64,000 nt of DNA from Anaeramoeba ignava BMAN (GCA_028826165.1 JAPDFW010000003.1:39550-103549); one strand, 5' to 3'; positions 13,730 through 27,715 are shown, counted from the stretch's first letter. Numbers and translations are program-made. Notes: generated from the sequence alone by a model not told the origin.

Positions 13730-15125
13730 TTATCAATTTACAACAAAATTTATCAAAGAATTTATAAAAGAATTTATCAAAGAATTTATAACAAAATTTA
13801 TAAAAGAATTTATAACAGAATTTATAAAAGAATTTATAACAAAATTTATCAAAGAATTTATAAAAGAATTTATAAAAGAATTTATAAAAGAATTTATCAA
13901 AGAATTTATAAAAGAATTTATAAAAAAATTTATAACAAAATTTATAACAAAATTTATAACAAAATTTATAACAAAATTTATAAAAGAATTTATCAAAGAA
14001 TTTATAACAAAATTTATAAAAGAATTTATAACAAAATTTATAACAAAATTTATAAAAGAATTTATAAAAAAATTTATAACAAAATTTATAAAAATTTATA
14101 ACAAAATTTATAAAAGAATTTATAACAAAATTTATAAAAAAATTTATAAAAGAATTTATAAAAAAATTTATAAAAGAATTTATAAAAGAATTTATAAAAG
14201 AATTTATAAAAAAATTTATAAAAGAATTTATAAAAGAATTTATAAAAGAATTTATAAAAGAATTTATAACAAAATTTATAAAAGAATTTATAACAAAATT
14301 TATAACAAAATTTATAAAAGAATTTATAACAAAATTTATAAAAAAATTTATAACAAAATTTATAACAAAATTTATAACAAAATTTATAACAAAATTTATA
14401 ACAAAATTTATAACAAATTTATAACAAAATTTATAACAAAATTTATAACAAAATTTATAACAAAATTTATAACAAAATTTATAACAAAATTTATAAAAGA
14501 ATTTATAACAAAATTTATAAAAAATTTATAACAAAATTTATAACAAAATTTATAAAAAAATTTATAAAAGAATTTATAACAAAATTTATAAAAAAATTTA
14601 TAAAAAAATTTATAAAAAAATTTATAAAAAAAATTTATAAAAAAATTTATAAAAAAAAATTTATAAAAAAAATTTATAAAAAAATTTATAACAAAATTTA
14701 TAACAAAATTTATAACAAAATTTATAACAAAATTTATAACAAAATTTATAACAAAATTTATAACAAAATTTATAAAAGAATTTATAACAAAATTTATAAC
14801 AAAATTTATAAAAAATTTATAACAAAATTTATAAAAGAATTTATAACAAAATTTATAAAAAAATTTATAAAAAAATTTATAAAAAAATTTATAAAAAAAT
14901 TTATAAAAAAATTTATAAAAAAATTTATAAAAAAATTTATAAAAAAATTTATAACAAAATTTATAAAAAAATTTATAAAAAAATTTATAAAAAAAATTTA
15001 TAAAAAGAATTTATAAAAAAATTTATAAAAAAATTTACAAAAAAATTTATCAAAAATTTTTATCAAAGAATTTATAAAAAGAATTTATAAAAATTTATAA
15101 AAGAATTTATAAAAGAATTTATAAA
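13730..15125. repeat. 12-bp satellite (ATAAAAGAATTT / ATAACAAAATTT / ATAAAAAAATTT)n between convergent MTR4 and MED11
   Basis: Read directly; starts a few bases after the MTR4 stop codon. Confidence 0.95.
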
Positions 15126-15267
15126 AGAAATCTAAAAGAATTTTCTTTTTCTTTTTCTTTTTCTTTTTCTTTTTTTTCTTTTTTCTTTTTCTTTTTCTTT
15201 TTCTTTTTCTTAAATAGATTTTTTTTTTGAAATACAAACCAAAATTTTTCTTTATTATTTTTAAATT

Positions 15268-15726
15268 TTATTTTTGTTTCTTTCTTTTTTTATCTTTTGA
15301 TTTCTTTTTCTCTTTTTCTTTTGATTTCTTTTCTTTTGATTTTTCAATTTGAATTTCATTTTCCATTTGATTTTCTAATGATTTTTGTAATTCTTCTTTT
15401 GATTGAATTTTTGAAATTAATTGTGAAATTTTTTGATTAATTAAACTTGTTTTAATTGCAGAAAGAAAGAAAGTTTGATAATTTTGATAACTATTTTTAA
15501 GAATATTTTTATCAGGTTTTAAAATTTGAGGATTTGTATTAGAAATAACACTTGTTAAATCTTCTTGAATTTCATTTATTGTTCTTAAATATTGATAATT
15601 AGATCCTTGAATTTTAGTTTCATTTGGATTTTCTTGAGATAATTCAGTTAAAGATTCAGAAGCGTATTGAAGAGAGTTAATAATTTGAAGTTCAATTTGT
15701 TGTAAAGTTTCTATATTAGTTTGCAT
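15268..15726 (-). CDS. MED11: Mediator subunit Med11-like
   Basis: Short helical ORF from the ATG at 15726; IETLQQIELQIINSLQYASESLTELS...YLRTINEIQEDLTSVI resembles the Med11 family; Lys-rich tail. Confidence 0.6.
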   Translation of the reverse strand: MQTNIETLQQIELQIINSLQYASESLTELSQENPNETKIQGSNYQYLRTINEIQEDLTSVISNTNPQILKPDKNILKNSYQNYQTFFLSAIKTSLINQKISQLISKIQSKEELQKSLENQMENEIQIEKSKEKKSKEKEKKKSKDKKRKKQK

Positions 15727-16094
15727 TATAAGGAAAAAAATGAAAAACAAAAAAAATGAAAAAATGAATTTTAATTTTAATTTTAATTTTAATTTAAATT
15801 TTAATTTTAACTTTAATTTTAAATTTTGAAATGAATTTTAATTTTAATTTTAATTTTAATTTTAATTTTAATTTTAATTTTAATTTTAATTTTTAATTTT
15901 AATTTTAATTAATTTTATAAATGAATTTTAAATTTTTTAATTTTAAAATTTTAATTTTAAATTTTTAATTTTTGAATTTTAATTTTTTTTCATTTTTATT
16001 TTAATTTTTTTTAATTTTTTTTCATTTTTAATTTTTTAATTTTTTTATTTTTAAAAATTTTTCAATTTGAAACAAAAAAAGCAAAAACAATAAA

Positions 16095-19000
16095 ATGACG
16101 GATCAAAACATATTATTAGGGGAAGAAAACAAATATCAAGGAGAAGAAACAATTGAGATAACAGATAAAGATGGGATCAAAGATCCCGAGAAACCAAAAG
16201 CGTTACCAATCTGTTCTAAGCCATTAAGAGTAGTTGGAGTGCAAGAAAAAAGCCCAGTATCATGGTCACCTGATGGGAATATGTTTGCATTTGTGTCAGG
16301 AAATCACTCAATTTATTTGATTCGAAAAAATGAACGGAAATCTCAACAAGGAACAATTGCTCTTTCTTTTTCCGTTGAAGCTACACTTGAAGACCATGTG
16401 TCCCCTGTTACTTCTCTTTTGTTTCATCCTAATAAGCCTATCCTTGTTTCTGGTGGTCATGAAGGTCTTTTTATTTGGGATCTTAGGAATTCTACTTTGA
16501 AACAGAAAATTAAAACTGGTTCCCATATTTCCGCTCATGATGGCGCTGTTGAATGTTTGATTTGGCTCCAGAATGGTGATTGTTTAATTACTGGTATTTG
16601 TTTTTGTTGTTAAAAAAAAAAAAAGCAAAAAAAAAAAAAAAAAAAAGAAAATTCGATGATTCAACATAATATCTTTATATTTCATTTAGTTTAGAATGAA
16701 AATTTATTTTAAAATTAAAATTCATTCCAAAATTAAATTTCATTTATAAAATTACAATTACAATTCATTTATAAAATTAAAATTAAAATTAAAATTAAAA
16801 TTCATTTCAAAATTATTTATAAATTAAATTAAAATTAAATTCAAAATTAAAATTACAATTAAAATTAAAATTAAAATTCATTTCAAAATTACAATTAAAA
16901 TTAAAATTAAAATTAAAAATTAATTTCAAAATTAAAATTAAAATTAAAATTGATATTAAAATTAAAAATTAAAATTAAAATTAAAATTAAAATTAAAATT
17001 CATTTATAAAATTAAAATTAAAATTATAATTTGAAATTAAAATTCAAAATAAAAATTTAAAATTACAATTAAAATTAAAATTAAAATTAAAATTCATTTT
17101 CAAAATTAAAATTAAAATTAAAATTAAAATTGATATTAAAATTAAAAATTAAAATTAAAATAAATTAAAATTAAAATTAAAAATTAAAATTAAAAATTAA
17201 AATTAAAATTACAATTAAAATTAAAATTAAAATTAAAATTAAAATTACAATTAAAATTAAAATTAATTTCAAAATTAAAATTCAAAAATTACAATTAAAA
17301 TTTAAATTAAAATTAAAATTAAAATTAAAATTAAAATTAAAATTGATATTAAAATTAAAATTAAATTTAAATTAAAATTTAAAATTAAAATTAAAATTAA
17401 ATTTAAAATTAAAATTAAAATTAAAATTAAAATTTAAATTAAATTAAAAATTAAAATTAAAATTAAAATTAAAATTAAAATCAATATTAAAATTAAAATT
17501 CATTTTCAAAATTAAAATCTAGTAAATTAAAATTAAAAATTTAAATTAAAATTTAAATTAAAATTAAAATTAAAATTTAAATTAAAATTAATTAAAATTA
17601 TAATTAAAATTCAAAATAAAATTAATATTAAAATTAAAATTAAAATTAAAATTAAAAATTTCAAAATTAAAATTCATTTATAAAATTGAAAATAAAATAA
17701 TAAAAGGATCATCTGATACAACCTTAAAAGCATGGGATATGAGAGGAGATCAAGCACAATGCATTGATACAATAAACGCACACAAAGCACCAATTCTAGT
17801 ATTTACGTATTGCCCAGCAACTCAAATATTAGCGAGTGCAGGAAGAGATTCAACAATAAAATTATGGGATATAAGCAAATTGAATCACTTTTTCACAGCT
17901 GATGAACATGAAAAGGATGACACTAGCGTAAAAATAGTTCAAAATAACTCAATAGAAGGACATAGAGGTGATATTACTGCGCTTACTTTTACAAGAGATG
18001 GTTCTAGAATTTGGAGCGGTGCAAGAGATAATGATATTATTTTGTGGAGTACAAAATCAGCTAAAAAAGTTGATTCTATTTCAGGTCATAAAGGTGATAT
18101 TAAAAAGCTTTTGTTAATGAAAAATGAAACTGTTCTTATTTCTGCTTCTGCTGATAAGACTATTAAAGTTTGGGAGTTATCTTCAAAAGGTGATAAAGAA
18201 GAAAGTAGGATTTAAAATTTAAAATTAAAATTCATTTCAAAATTTAAATTCATTTCAAAATTAAAATTCATTTTAAAATTAAAATTCATTTTAAAATTAA
18301 AATTCATTTTAAAATTAAAATTCATTTCAAAATTAAAATTCATTTTAAAATTAAAATTCATTTCAAAATTTAAATTCATTTCAAAATTCATTTCAAAATT
18401 TAAATTAAAATTAAAATTAAAATTCATTTCAAAATTAAAATTCATTTCAAAATTTAAATTAAAATTAAAATCCATTTATAAAATTCATTTCAAAATTAAA
18501 ATTCATTTCAAAATTTAAATTCATTTCAAAATTAAAATTCATTTCAAAATTTAAATTCATTTCAAAATTAAAATCCATTTATAAAATTAAAATTGATTTC
18601 AAAATTAAAATCCATTTTAAAATTAAAATTAAAATTAAAATTAAATTTAAATTTAAAATTAAAATTCATTTATAAAATTTAAATTCATTTCAAAATTAAA
18701 ATTCATTTCAAAATTTAAATTCATTTCAAAATTAAAATTGATTTCAAAATTAAAATTGATTTCAAAATTTAAATTCATTTCAAAATTTAAATTCATTTTA
18801 AAATTAAAATCAAAATTAAAATTCAAATTCATTTATAAAATTAAAATTAAAATTCAAAATTAAAATTAAAATTAAAATTTAAATTCATTTCAAAATTAAA
18901 ATTAAAATTCATTTCAAAATTAAAATTCATTTCAAAATTTAAATTAAAAAATTTAAAAAATTAAAAATTTATAAAATTAAAATTCATTTTTTAAAATTAA

Positions 19001-20763
19001 AATTCATTTCAAAATTAAAATTAAAATTCAAATCCATTTCAAAATTAAAATTCATTTCAAAATTAAAATTAAAATTAAAATTAAAATTCAAATTAAAATT
19101 AAAATTTATAAATTAAAATTAAAATTCATTTATAAAATTAAAATTCATTTCAAAATTAAAATTCATTTCTAAATTAAAATTCATTTCAAAATTAAAATTA
19201 AAATTAAAATTCATTTCAAAATTAAAATTTATAAATTAAAAAGAAACCGAAAAAACGGAAACAAGAGGAGATGGAGGACTTGAGGACGTACTTCAAACAG
19301 TGGACAACGAAGCACTGCGAAAAATTCTTGAGGACGACATATCACTAACAACATTAATAAAAGATCAATTAGAAGGAGGAGCACACCTATTGAACGAGCT
19401 TGAGGCACACGAAGAAGGGATAGCCTCACTAGAGATGTCACCAACGGCACCACTTGGGATCACATCATCAATGCACAATTCAATCCGTATCTGGAGCTTT
19501 GTGAACCCACTGAAGATCGGATTTGTGCACGAATTCATTGGACAAAGCAAGGCAATCACATCGATCCGCTTGGACGAGCGAGCAGACGATGATGATTTAA
19601 ACGAAAACAATCAAGATCAAAATCGAGAAACAGCACTTCGCACTATTTTCTCAGGATCTCTTGACTACACTGTCCATCAATACGACGTCGAAACCGTTGG
19701 TCGATTGATGCAGATTAATTTCCGCAATTCGGTACAATCTCTGGATGTTTCCCCAGATAAACAATTCCTTGTCATCGGCGGATCTTCTTATGATCTTAAA
19801 GGATACGCACTTCATCCAAGTTACGTCAAAGATAACGACGCAACTTGCGTTCTTCAGGAAGTCGCACGCTTTGTCGGGCACAGCGGGAAGATCAAATACA
19901 TCGCAATCTCGCCAGATGGAAACATGATGACGTCTTCTTCGAATGATTTCAAGTTACTGACTTGGAAACTTAAAAAACCGTATTCGCCAAAACGAATGAC
20001 TCGAGGAGAATTATTAACCCAAAGTGATTTCGATGTTAATTCGTTTGATTTCAAGCCGGGAGTTCAGCATGTTCTTGTGCCCGAGAAAATCAAGCCAACG
20101 GACACAGTCCACGAACATGAAGGACATGTAAATTGCTTTGGATTCAACAGCAATGCAACATTGTTTGCGTCATGCGGAAACGATCATAAAATTGTTGTGT
20201 ACAAACCAAACACACGCAAAGCAGGATTGAGCAAGAAATTTGCGCAATCCAACGCGCACAATGCGGTTATCGAGTGCATGTGTTGGTGCAAGGATTTCCA
20301 ATCAAACAAAGAACTTCTTTGCACTGGATCCTGGGACAAAACCGCCAAAATATGGCGCATTGATGACAATCAAAAGGGGATGAAATGCGTGCGAACAATC
20401 ACTGATCACTGGGGGAAAATTGTCGGTATTGGCGCCTCTGGTGACAACCGTTTCCTTCTTACTTGTTCCGTTGACTTCACTGTTCGTTGCTTTAGTCTTA
20501 CTGAGCCCTTTGACTGCGTCGCTTTGTACTCAATCCCCCAGGAAGCCCCCTTTACTTGTCTTGCCGTTGGAAAAGACTCCTTTGTTACAGGTAGTGAAAA
20601 TGGTATGCTTAGGGTTTGGCCTATGTTCGGTGGTAGATTCGATAATTCTTTTATTCAGAAAATCCCTCTTAATGAACAAATTGAATATGATAGGAAATTG
20701 GCTGCTATTCAATCCGAGAGAAGAAGAAAAGCAAAGAAAGTTGATAGGACTCAAGTTATTTGA
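16095..20763 (+). CDS. Multi-bladed WD40-repeat protein
   Basis: Exons 16095-16593, 17707-18204, 19244-20763 join in frame. Many GH...WD repeats (LEDHVSPVTSLLFHP, GHRGDITAL, GHKGDIKK, GHSGKIKY, TGSWDKTAKIW). Confidence 0.88.
16700..17700 (+). repeat. (AAAATT)n intronic satellite
   Basis: Read directly; WD40 intron 1. Confidence 0.93.
18210..19240 (+). repeat. ~18-bp intronic satellite (AAAATTAAAATTCATTTC)n
   Basis: Read directly; WD40 intron 2. Confidence 0.9.
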
Positions 20764-20959
20764 TTTGATTTGATTTCGATTTGATTTGATTTCTTTTCTT
20801 TTCTTTTAATTTATCTTCTTCTGGATTTCTTTCTTTTCGTTTTCATTTTTTCTTTTATTTCAAAAAAAAAGATCACAAAACAAAACAAAACAAAACAAAA
20901 CAAAACAAAACAACAATTTTATTTTTATTTTTTTAAACATAAAGTGAACATTTTAATTT

Positions 20960-22455
20960 TTGGTTTAATTTGATTTAAATTGATTTAAATTGATTTAAAT
21001 TATAAATTGATTTAATTTAATTTAAATTGATTTAAATTGATTTAATTTGATTTAATTTGATTTAAATTGATTTAATTTGATTTAATTTGATTTAATTTGA
21101 TTTAAATTGATTTAATTTGATTTAATTTGATTTAATTGATTTAATTTGATTTAATTTGATTTAATTTGATTTAATTTGGTTTAATTTGATTTAAATTGAT
21201 TTAAATTGATTTAATTTGATTTAATTTGATTTAATTTGATTTAATTTGATTTAATTTGATTTAATTGATTTAAATTTGGATTAAATTGATTTAATTTTTG
21301 ATTTAAATTGATTTAAATTGATTTAAATTTGGATTTAATTTGATTTAAATTGATTTAAATTGATTTAATTTGATTTAATTTGATTTAATTTGATTTAATT
21401 TGATTTAATTGATTTAATTTGATTTAAATTGATTTAAATTATTAATTTGATTTAAATTAATTTAATTTGATTTTAATTTGATTTAAATTGATTTAATTGA
21501 TTTAATTTGGATTTAATTTGATTTTAAATGATTTAATTTGATTTAATTTGATTTAATTTGATTTAAATTGATTTAATTTGATTTAATTTGATTTAATTGA
21601 TTTAATTTGATTTAAATTGATTTAATTTGATTTAATTTGATTTAATTTGATTTAATTTGATTTAATTTGATTTAATTTGGATTTAATTTGATTTAAGTTG
21701 ATTTAAATTGATTTAATTTGATTTAATTTGATTTAATTTGATTTAATTGATTTAAATTGATTTAATTTGATTTAATTTGATTTAATTTGATTTAATTTGA
21801 TTTAATTTGATTTAAATTGATTTAATTTGATTTAATTTGATTTAAATTGATTTAATTTGATTTAATTGATTTAATTGATTTAATTTGATTTAATTTGATT
21901 TAATTTGATGTAATTGATTTAATTTGATTTAAATTGATTTAAATTATTAATTTGATTTAAATTAATTTAATTTGATTTTAATTTGATTTAAATTGATTTA
22001 ATTGATTTAATTTGGATTTAATTTGATTTTAAATGATTTAATTTGATTTAATTTGATTTAAATTGATTTAAATTGATTTAAATTGATTTAAATTTGATTT
22101 AATTTGATTTAATTTGATTTAAATTGATTTAATTTGATTTAAATTGATATAAATTGATTTAAATTGATTTAATTTATTATTAATTGATTTAAATTGATTT
22201 AAATTGATTTAAATTGATTTAAATTGATTTAATTTGATTTAATTTGATTTAAATTGGATTTAATTGATTTAAATTGATTTAATTTGATTTAAATTGATTT
22301 AATTTGATTTAAATTGATTTAATTGATTTAATTGATTTAAATTGATTTAATTGATTTAATTTAATTTGATTTAATTGATTTAATTTAATTTGATTTAATT
22401 GATTTAATTTGATTTAATTGATTTAATTTGATTTAATTTAATTTAATTTGATTTA
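20960..22455. repeat. 10-bp satellite (TTTGATTTAA)n
   Basis: Read directly; downstream of the WD40 gene. Confidence 0.95.
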
Positions 22456-22668
22456 AAAGAAAATTTTTCCCTTTTTTTTTCCTTTTTTTTAATTATAAAA
22501 CGTCATAAAATTTAAATCAAATTTACATTTAAAAATTAAAATTTGTTTTTCTAAAAAGGAGACATTAGAAATTTAAAAGAAAAACAAAAAAAAATAATTT
22601 TGCTTTTTTTTACTTTATTTTTTTTTGTTTTTATTTTTTTTTCATTTTCTTTCTTTTTTAAAAAAAAA

Positions 22669-25600
22669 ATGGTTCGTTTTGGTTTATATCCAAAAAAAAG
22701 TACATCACCAGTTTCAGTTTTAGGAGTAGCAGCGCATATAAACGTAAATGATTATTTAGCGAATGTTTCATTAACACAATTATATGAGAATAATACTGAT
22801 AAACCAATTGAATGCCAATTTATTTTCCCTCTTGATGAAACTGCTGTTGTTACTGGTTTGGAAATTTATCTTGATGGTGCTCATAAATCTTTAAAAGTTC
22901 AAGATAAAACTAAAGCAGAAAATAAATATAATGATGGTATTTCTCGTGGAAGAACTGCGTATGTTATACAAAAAAATTTTTTTCCCTTTTTTTTCTTTTT
23001 TGTTCTTAATTTAATTTAAAATCCAAAATTAAATTAAAAATATATAAATATAAATATAAATATAAATATAAATATAAATATAAATATAAATATAAATATA
23101 AATATAAATATAAATATAAATATAAATATAAATATAAATATAAATATAAATATAAATATAATTATAAATATAAATATAAATATAAATATAAATATAAAAA
23201 TAAATATAAATATAAATATAAATATAAATATAAATATAAATATAAATATAAATATAAATATAAATATAAATATAAATATAAATATAAATATAAATATAAA
23301 TATAAATATAAATATAAATATAAATATAAATATAAATATAAATATAAATATAAATCTAAATATAAATATAAATATAAATATAAATATAAATATAAATATA
23401 AATATAAATATAAATATAAATCAAAATCAAAATCAAAATCAAAATTAAATTAAAAATATAAATATAAATATAAATATAAATATAAAATAAAAATATAAAT
23501 ATAAATATAAATATAAATAAATATAAAATATAAATATAATATAAATATAAAAATATAAATATAAACTAGAAATAAGAAATATAAATATAAATATAAATAT
23601 AAATATAAATATAAAATAAATATAAATATAAATATAAATATAAATATAAATATAAATATAAATATAAATATAAATATAAATATAAAATATAAATATAAAT
23701 ATAAAAATATAAATATAAAATATAAATAAAATATATAAATAATAAAATAATAATAAATAATAAATATAAATAAAATATAAATATAAATATAAATATAAAT
23801 ATAAATATAAAATATAAATATAAATATAAATATAAATATAAAATAAAAATAAATCAAATATAAATATAAATATAAATATAAATATAAATATAAATATAAA
23901 TATAAATATAAATATATAAATATAAATATAAATATAAATATAAATATAAATATAAATATAAATATAAATATAATTAATATAAATATAAATATAAATATAA
24001 ATATAAATATAAATATAAAATATAAATATAAATATAAATATAAATATAAATATAAATATAAATATAAATATAATTATAAATATAAATATAAATATAAATA
24101 TAAATATAAATATAAAAATAAATATAAATATAAATATAAATATAAATATAAATATAAATATAAATATAAATATAAATATAAATATAAATATAAATATCAA
24201 AAATTAAAAATTAAAAATTAAAAAAGTTTCAGAGCACAGAAACAGGCAAACATCTTCAAAATTGATGTCGGAAACCTTAAACCACACAACAAATGCATCC
24301 TCATTTTCAAATTCATCTCCCTTTTAAACATGGACTCAGACCAATCAATCAAATTCATTCTTCCCTATTTCAACGTAACACAAATTGACGATAAAAAATA
24401 CGAAGAAATCTCAAAAGAATTCCCACAATTTCCATCAGCACCACCAAAAGGCTTCACATATCACGGAGACGTCCAAATGCGCTCGGAAATTGAGTCAATA
24501 TCATCACCCACTCACGAACTACAAACAAAACTAGATGAAAACAAAGGAAAATTCATTTGGAACATTGAAAAAAAAATAACGGAAAAAAAAGCAAAAATTA
24601 CTATCATAATCAAAATCAAGGATCCAACTCAATCCAAAGCACTATTGGAGATCAACAGCACAGGAAAAATTGCTGGGATGATCACATTTTTCCCTGATTT
24701 GTCCAATTTCCAAGCAAAAACAGAAATCATTTTCCTTGTGGATCAAAGCGGATCAATGAGCGGAAGACCAATCCATTTCTGCAAACAAACCCTGCAGTTC
24801 TTCCTCCATTCAATCCCCGAAAACTGTCTGTTCAATATCTGCGGATTTGGCTCAACTTACCACAAACTATTCAAAAAAAGTGTCAACTACTCGGAAAAAA
24901 CACTTACAAAAGCAAAAGATCATGTTGAAAAAATGTCAGCAAATTTAGGGGGGACTGTCCTCAAAACACCAATAAGATCTCTTTTTAGAGAACCCCCAAT
25001 CGAAGGGTATTCAAGACAGATATTTTTGCTAACCGACGGAGAAGTCGACTCACCCGGAAAGGTTATCAAGCGCGTGCGAGCAGAGTCTGGCACAACAAGA
25101 GTGTTCACTTTTGGAATTGGATCCAGCGTATCAAAACGTCTCGTCAAAAGCGTAGCGCGCGAAAGTGGCGGACAATGCGTTATGATCAAGAAATCAGACG
25201 GAATTATCAACAAAGTCATGAAGCAACTCTCACTCGCACTTACACCTTCAGTCACAGATCTTTCCCTCGAATTCAGCAACGGTTTGCCTCAGCCTGAATT
25301 TGTCGCCCCACATCTTTTGCCTCCAGTTTTCTCAAACAGTCGCTACTTGATCTTCTGCTTATTCGACAAGAAAATTGACGAATGGAATTTACCCAAAGTT
25401 GGAACTATTACTTTTGCCGGATTCGGACCATCTGGCAGAATTGAATGGAACGTTCCTTTTGATCTTGAAAAAGCGCTTAATGGAGACGTTATTCATAAAA
25501 TGACAGCTAGTTTCATCACAAAGGATCTCGAAGACAAATCAAGCAAGTTCCACGAGAAACGCAATTTGAAGCCGGATGTGACTGAAGAATTTGTCCGTGA

Positions 25601-26606
25601 TTTAATCATCAAATTCGGGATCGAGAACCAAATTGTGACAAAATTAACTAGTTTTGTTGGAGTTGTTTCCGGAGGCGACACTGATTTGATCGACAACATG
25701 CAAGATGATTCAAGCGAACCTGACCAAGAAATGCAGAACGTAGGCGCAATTAATTTCACAGGAATAAACCGCGCAATGATTTATTCAGACGACGACGAAG
25801 ACACAGATTCCGGAGAAGAACCGACGAGATTTTCAAGAAGACAACGATCATATTCATTCTCCAATTCATCCGACGATATGGATTACGCACAACACATGGC
25901 GAATCGCAACGACGACGATACAGACGATGATCTTGACGACGATTCAGAAGATGATTCAGATGGAGCGGTAAATGTACCTAATATAAGAGGACCATCACTG
26001 GCGGTTCCACAACCGGCACAAATTTCGGTTAGTGATCAAGAAGATTTATCTGAATCAGATGATGATGATGATGATAGTGATGATAGTAGATCATCACCAC
26101 CACCAAGACGGCGCAGACAACGCTCAATTAGTCCTGCTTTTTTACGCGCGCCTCCTTCGCCATCAAATCAAAGACAGCTTTCAATAAGCAGATCAATGAG
26201 TAGATCAATGAGTAGATCAATGAGTAGATCAGTTAGTCAGGAATCAAACTCTGATTTTTATAGATCCTCCGAATCGGAAGACGAAGTTGAATCAACTCAA
26301 AATCAATCCCTTGATAATTCCCTTCTGAAAATCATCTTCTCTCAATCTGCAAAAGGATCTTGGATTCTGGACTCAAATTTGGCTCGTTTACTTTCTCTTG
26401 ATTTGAATAAGTGGAAAAATTCTAAACTTCCTTTGATTGATGAATCTATTTGGGCTACTGTTTCTGTTATTGCTTTTCTTCAGATTAAATTCCCTTCAAA
26501 GAGTAAGGAATGGTCTCTTGTTGTTTCAAAAGCTAGAAGATGGCTTGCTTCTACTTCTTCTGCTAATGTTGATGAACTTGTTGAAAAAGCAAAAGCTCTT
26601 TTTTAA
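22669..26606 (+). CDS. VIT + von Willebrand A domain protein (VWA5A-like), paralog 2
   Basis: Exons 22669-22958 and 24227-26606. VIT (PIECQFIFPLDETAVVTGLE), FLVDQSGSMSG, FLLTDGEV, acidic/SR-rich linker and C-terminal IIFSQSAKGSW...WATVSVIAFL. Confidence 0.9.
23040..24200 (+). repeat. (AAATAT)n intronic satellite
   Basis: Read directly. Confidence 0.95.
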
Positions 26607-26794
26607 ATTTTTAAATCCAAATTCAATTCTTTAAAACTTTAAAAGAAAAAGTTTTTTTTCTTTTCTCAATTCAATTCAATTCATTTCTTTTCTCAATTCA
26701 ATTCAATTCATTTCTTTTCAATTTTGAAATAAAATCAATTCATTTTTTCATTTTTTAATTTCATTTATTTTTATTATTTTTTTGATTAAAAATC

Positions 26795-27715
26795 AATTTA
26801 TAAAATCAATTATAAAATCAATTATAAAATCAATTTAAAATCAATTTAAAATCAATTATAAAATCAATTTAAAATCAATTTATAAAATCAATTTAAAATC
26901 AATTATAAAATCAATCTAAAATCAATTATAAAATCAATTTAAAATCAATTATAAAATCAATTTATAAAATCAATTATAAAATCAATTTAAAATCAAATAT
27001 AAAATCAAGTATAAAATCAATTATAAAATCAATTTATAAAATCAAATTATAAAATCAATTATAAAATCAATTATAAAATCAAATATAAAATCAATTATAA
27101 AATCAATTATAAAATCAATTATAAAATCAATTTATAAAATCAATTATAAAATCAATTATAAAATCAATTTTAAAATCAAGTATAAAATCAATTTATAAAA
27201 TCAATTATAAAATCAATTTATAAAATCAATTATAAAATCAATTATAAAATCAATTTAAAATCAAATATAAAATCAATTATAAAATCAAATTATAAAATCA
27301 ATTTATAAAATCAATTTATAAAATCAATTATAAAATCAATTATAAAATCAATTTATAAAATCAATTATAAAATCAAATATAAAATCAATTATAAAATCAA
27401 ATTATAAAATCAATTATAAAATCAATTATAAAATCAATTATAAAATCAATTATAAAATCAATTATAAAATCAATTATAAAATCAATTTAAAATCAATTTA
27501 AAATCAATTATAAAATCAATTTAAAATCAATTTATAAAATCAATTATAAAATCAATTATAAAATCAATCTAAAATCAATTATAAAATCAATTTATAAAAT
27601 CAATTATAAAATCAATTATAAAATCAATTATAAAATCAAATATAAAATCAATTTAAAATCAAGTATAAAATCAAATATAAAATCAAGTATAAAATCAATT
27701 ATAAAATCAATTATA
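26795..27715. repeat. 12-bp satellite (ATAAAATCAATT)n between convergent genes
   Basis: Read directly. Confidence 0.95.

Noticed and set aside
13617-14531. 304-aa ORF (FIKE/IYKR repeats) and similar IKIK, FNFN, LKLK and YIYI ORFs elsewhere
   Set aside because: These are stop-free frames of simple satellites in introns or intergenic DNA, with no domain content.
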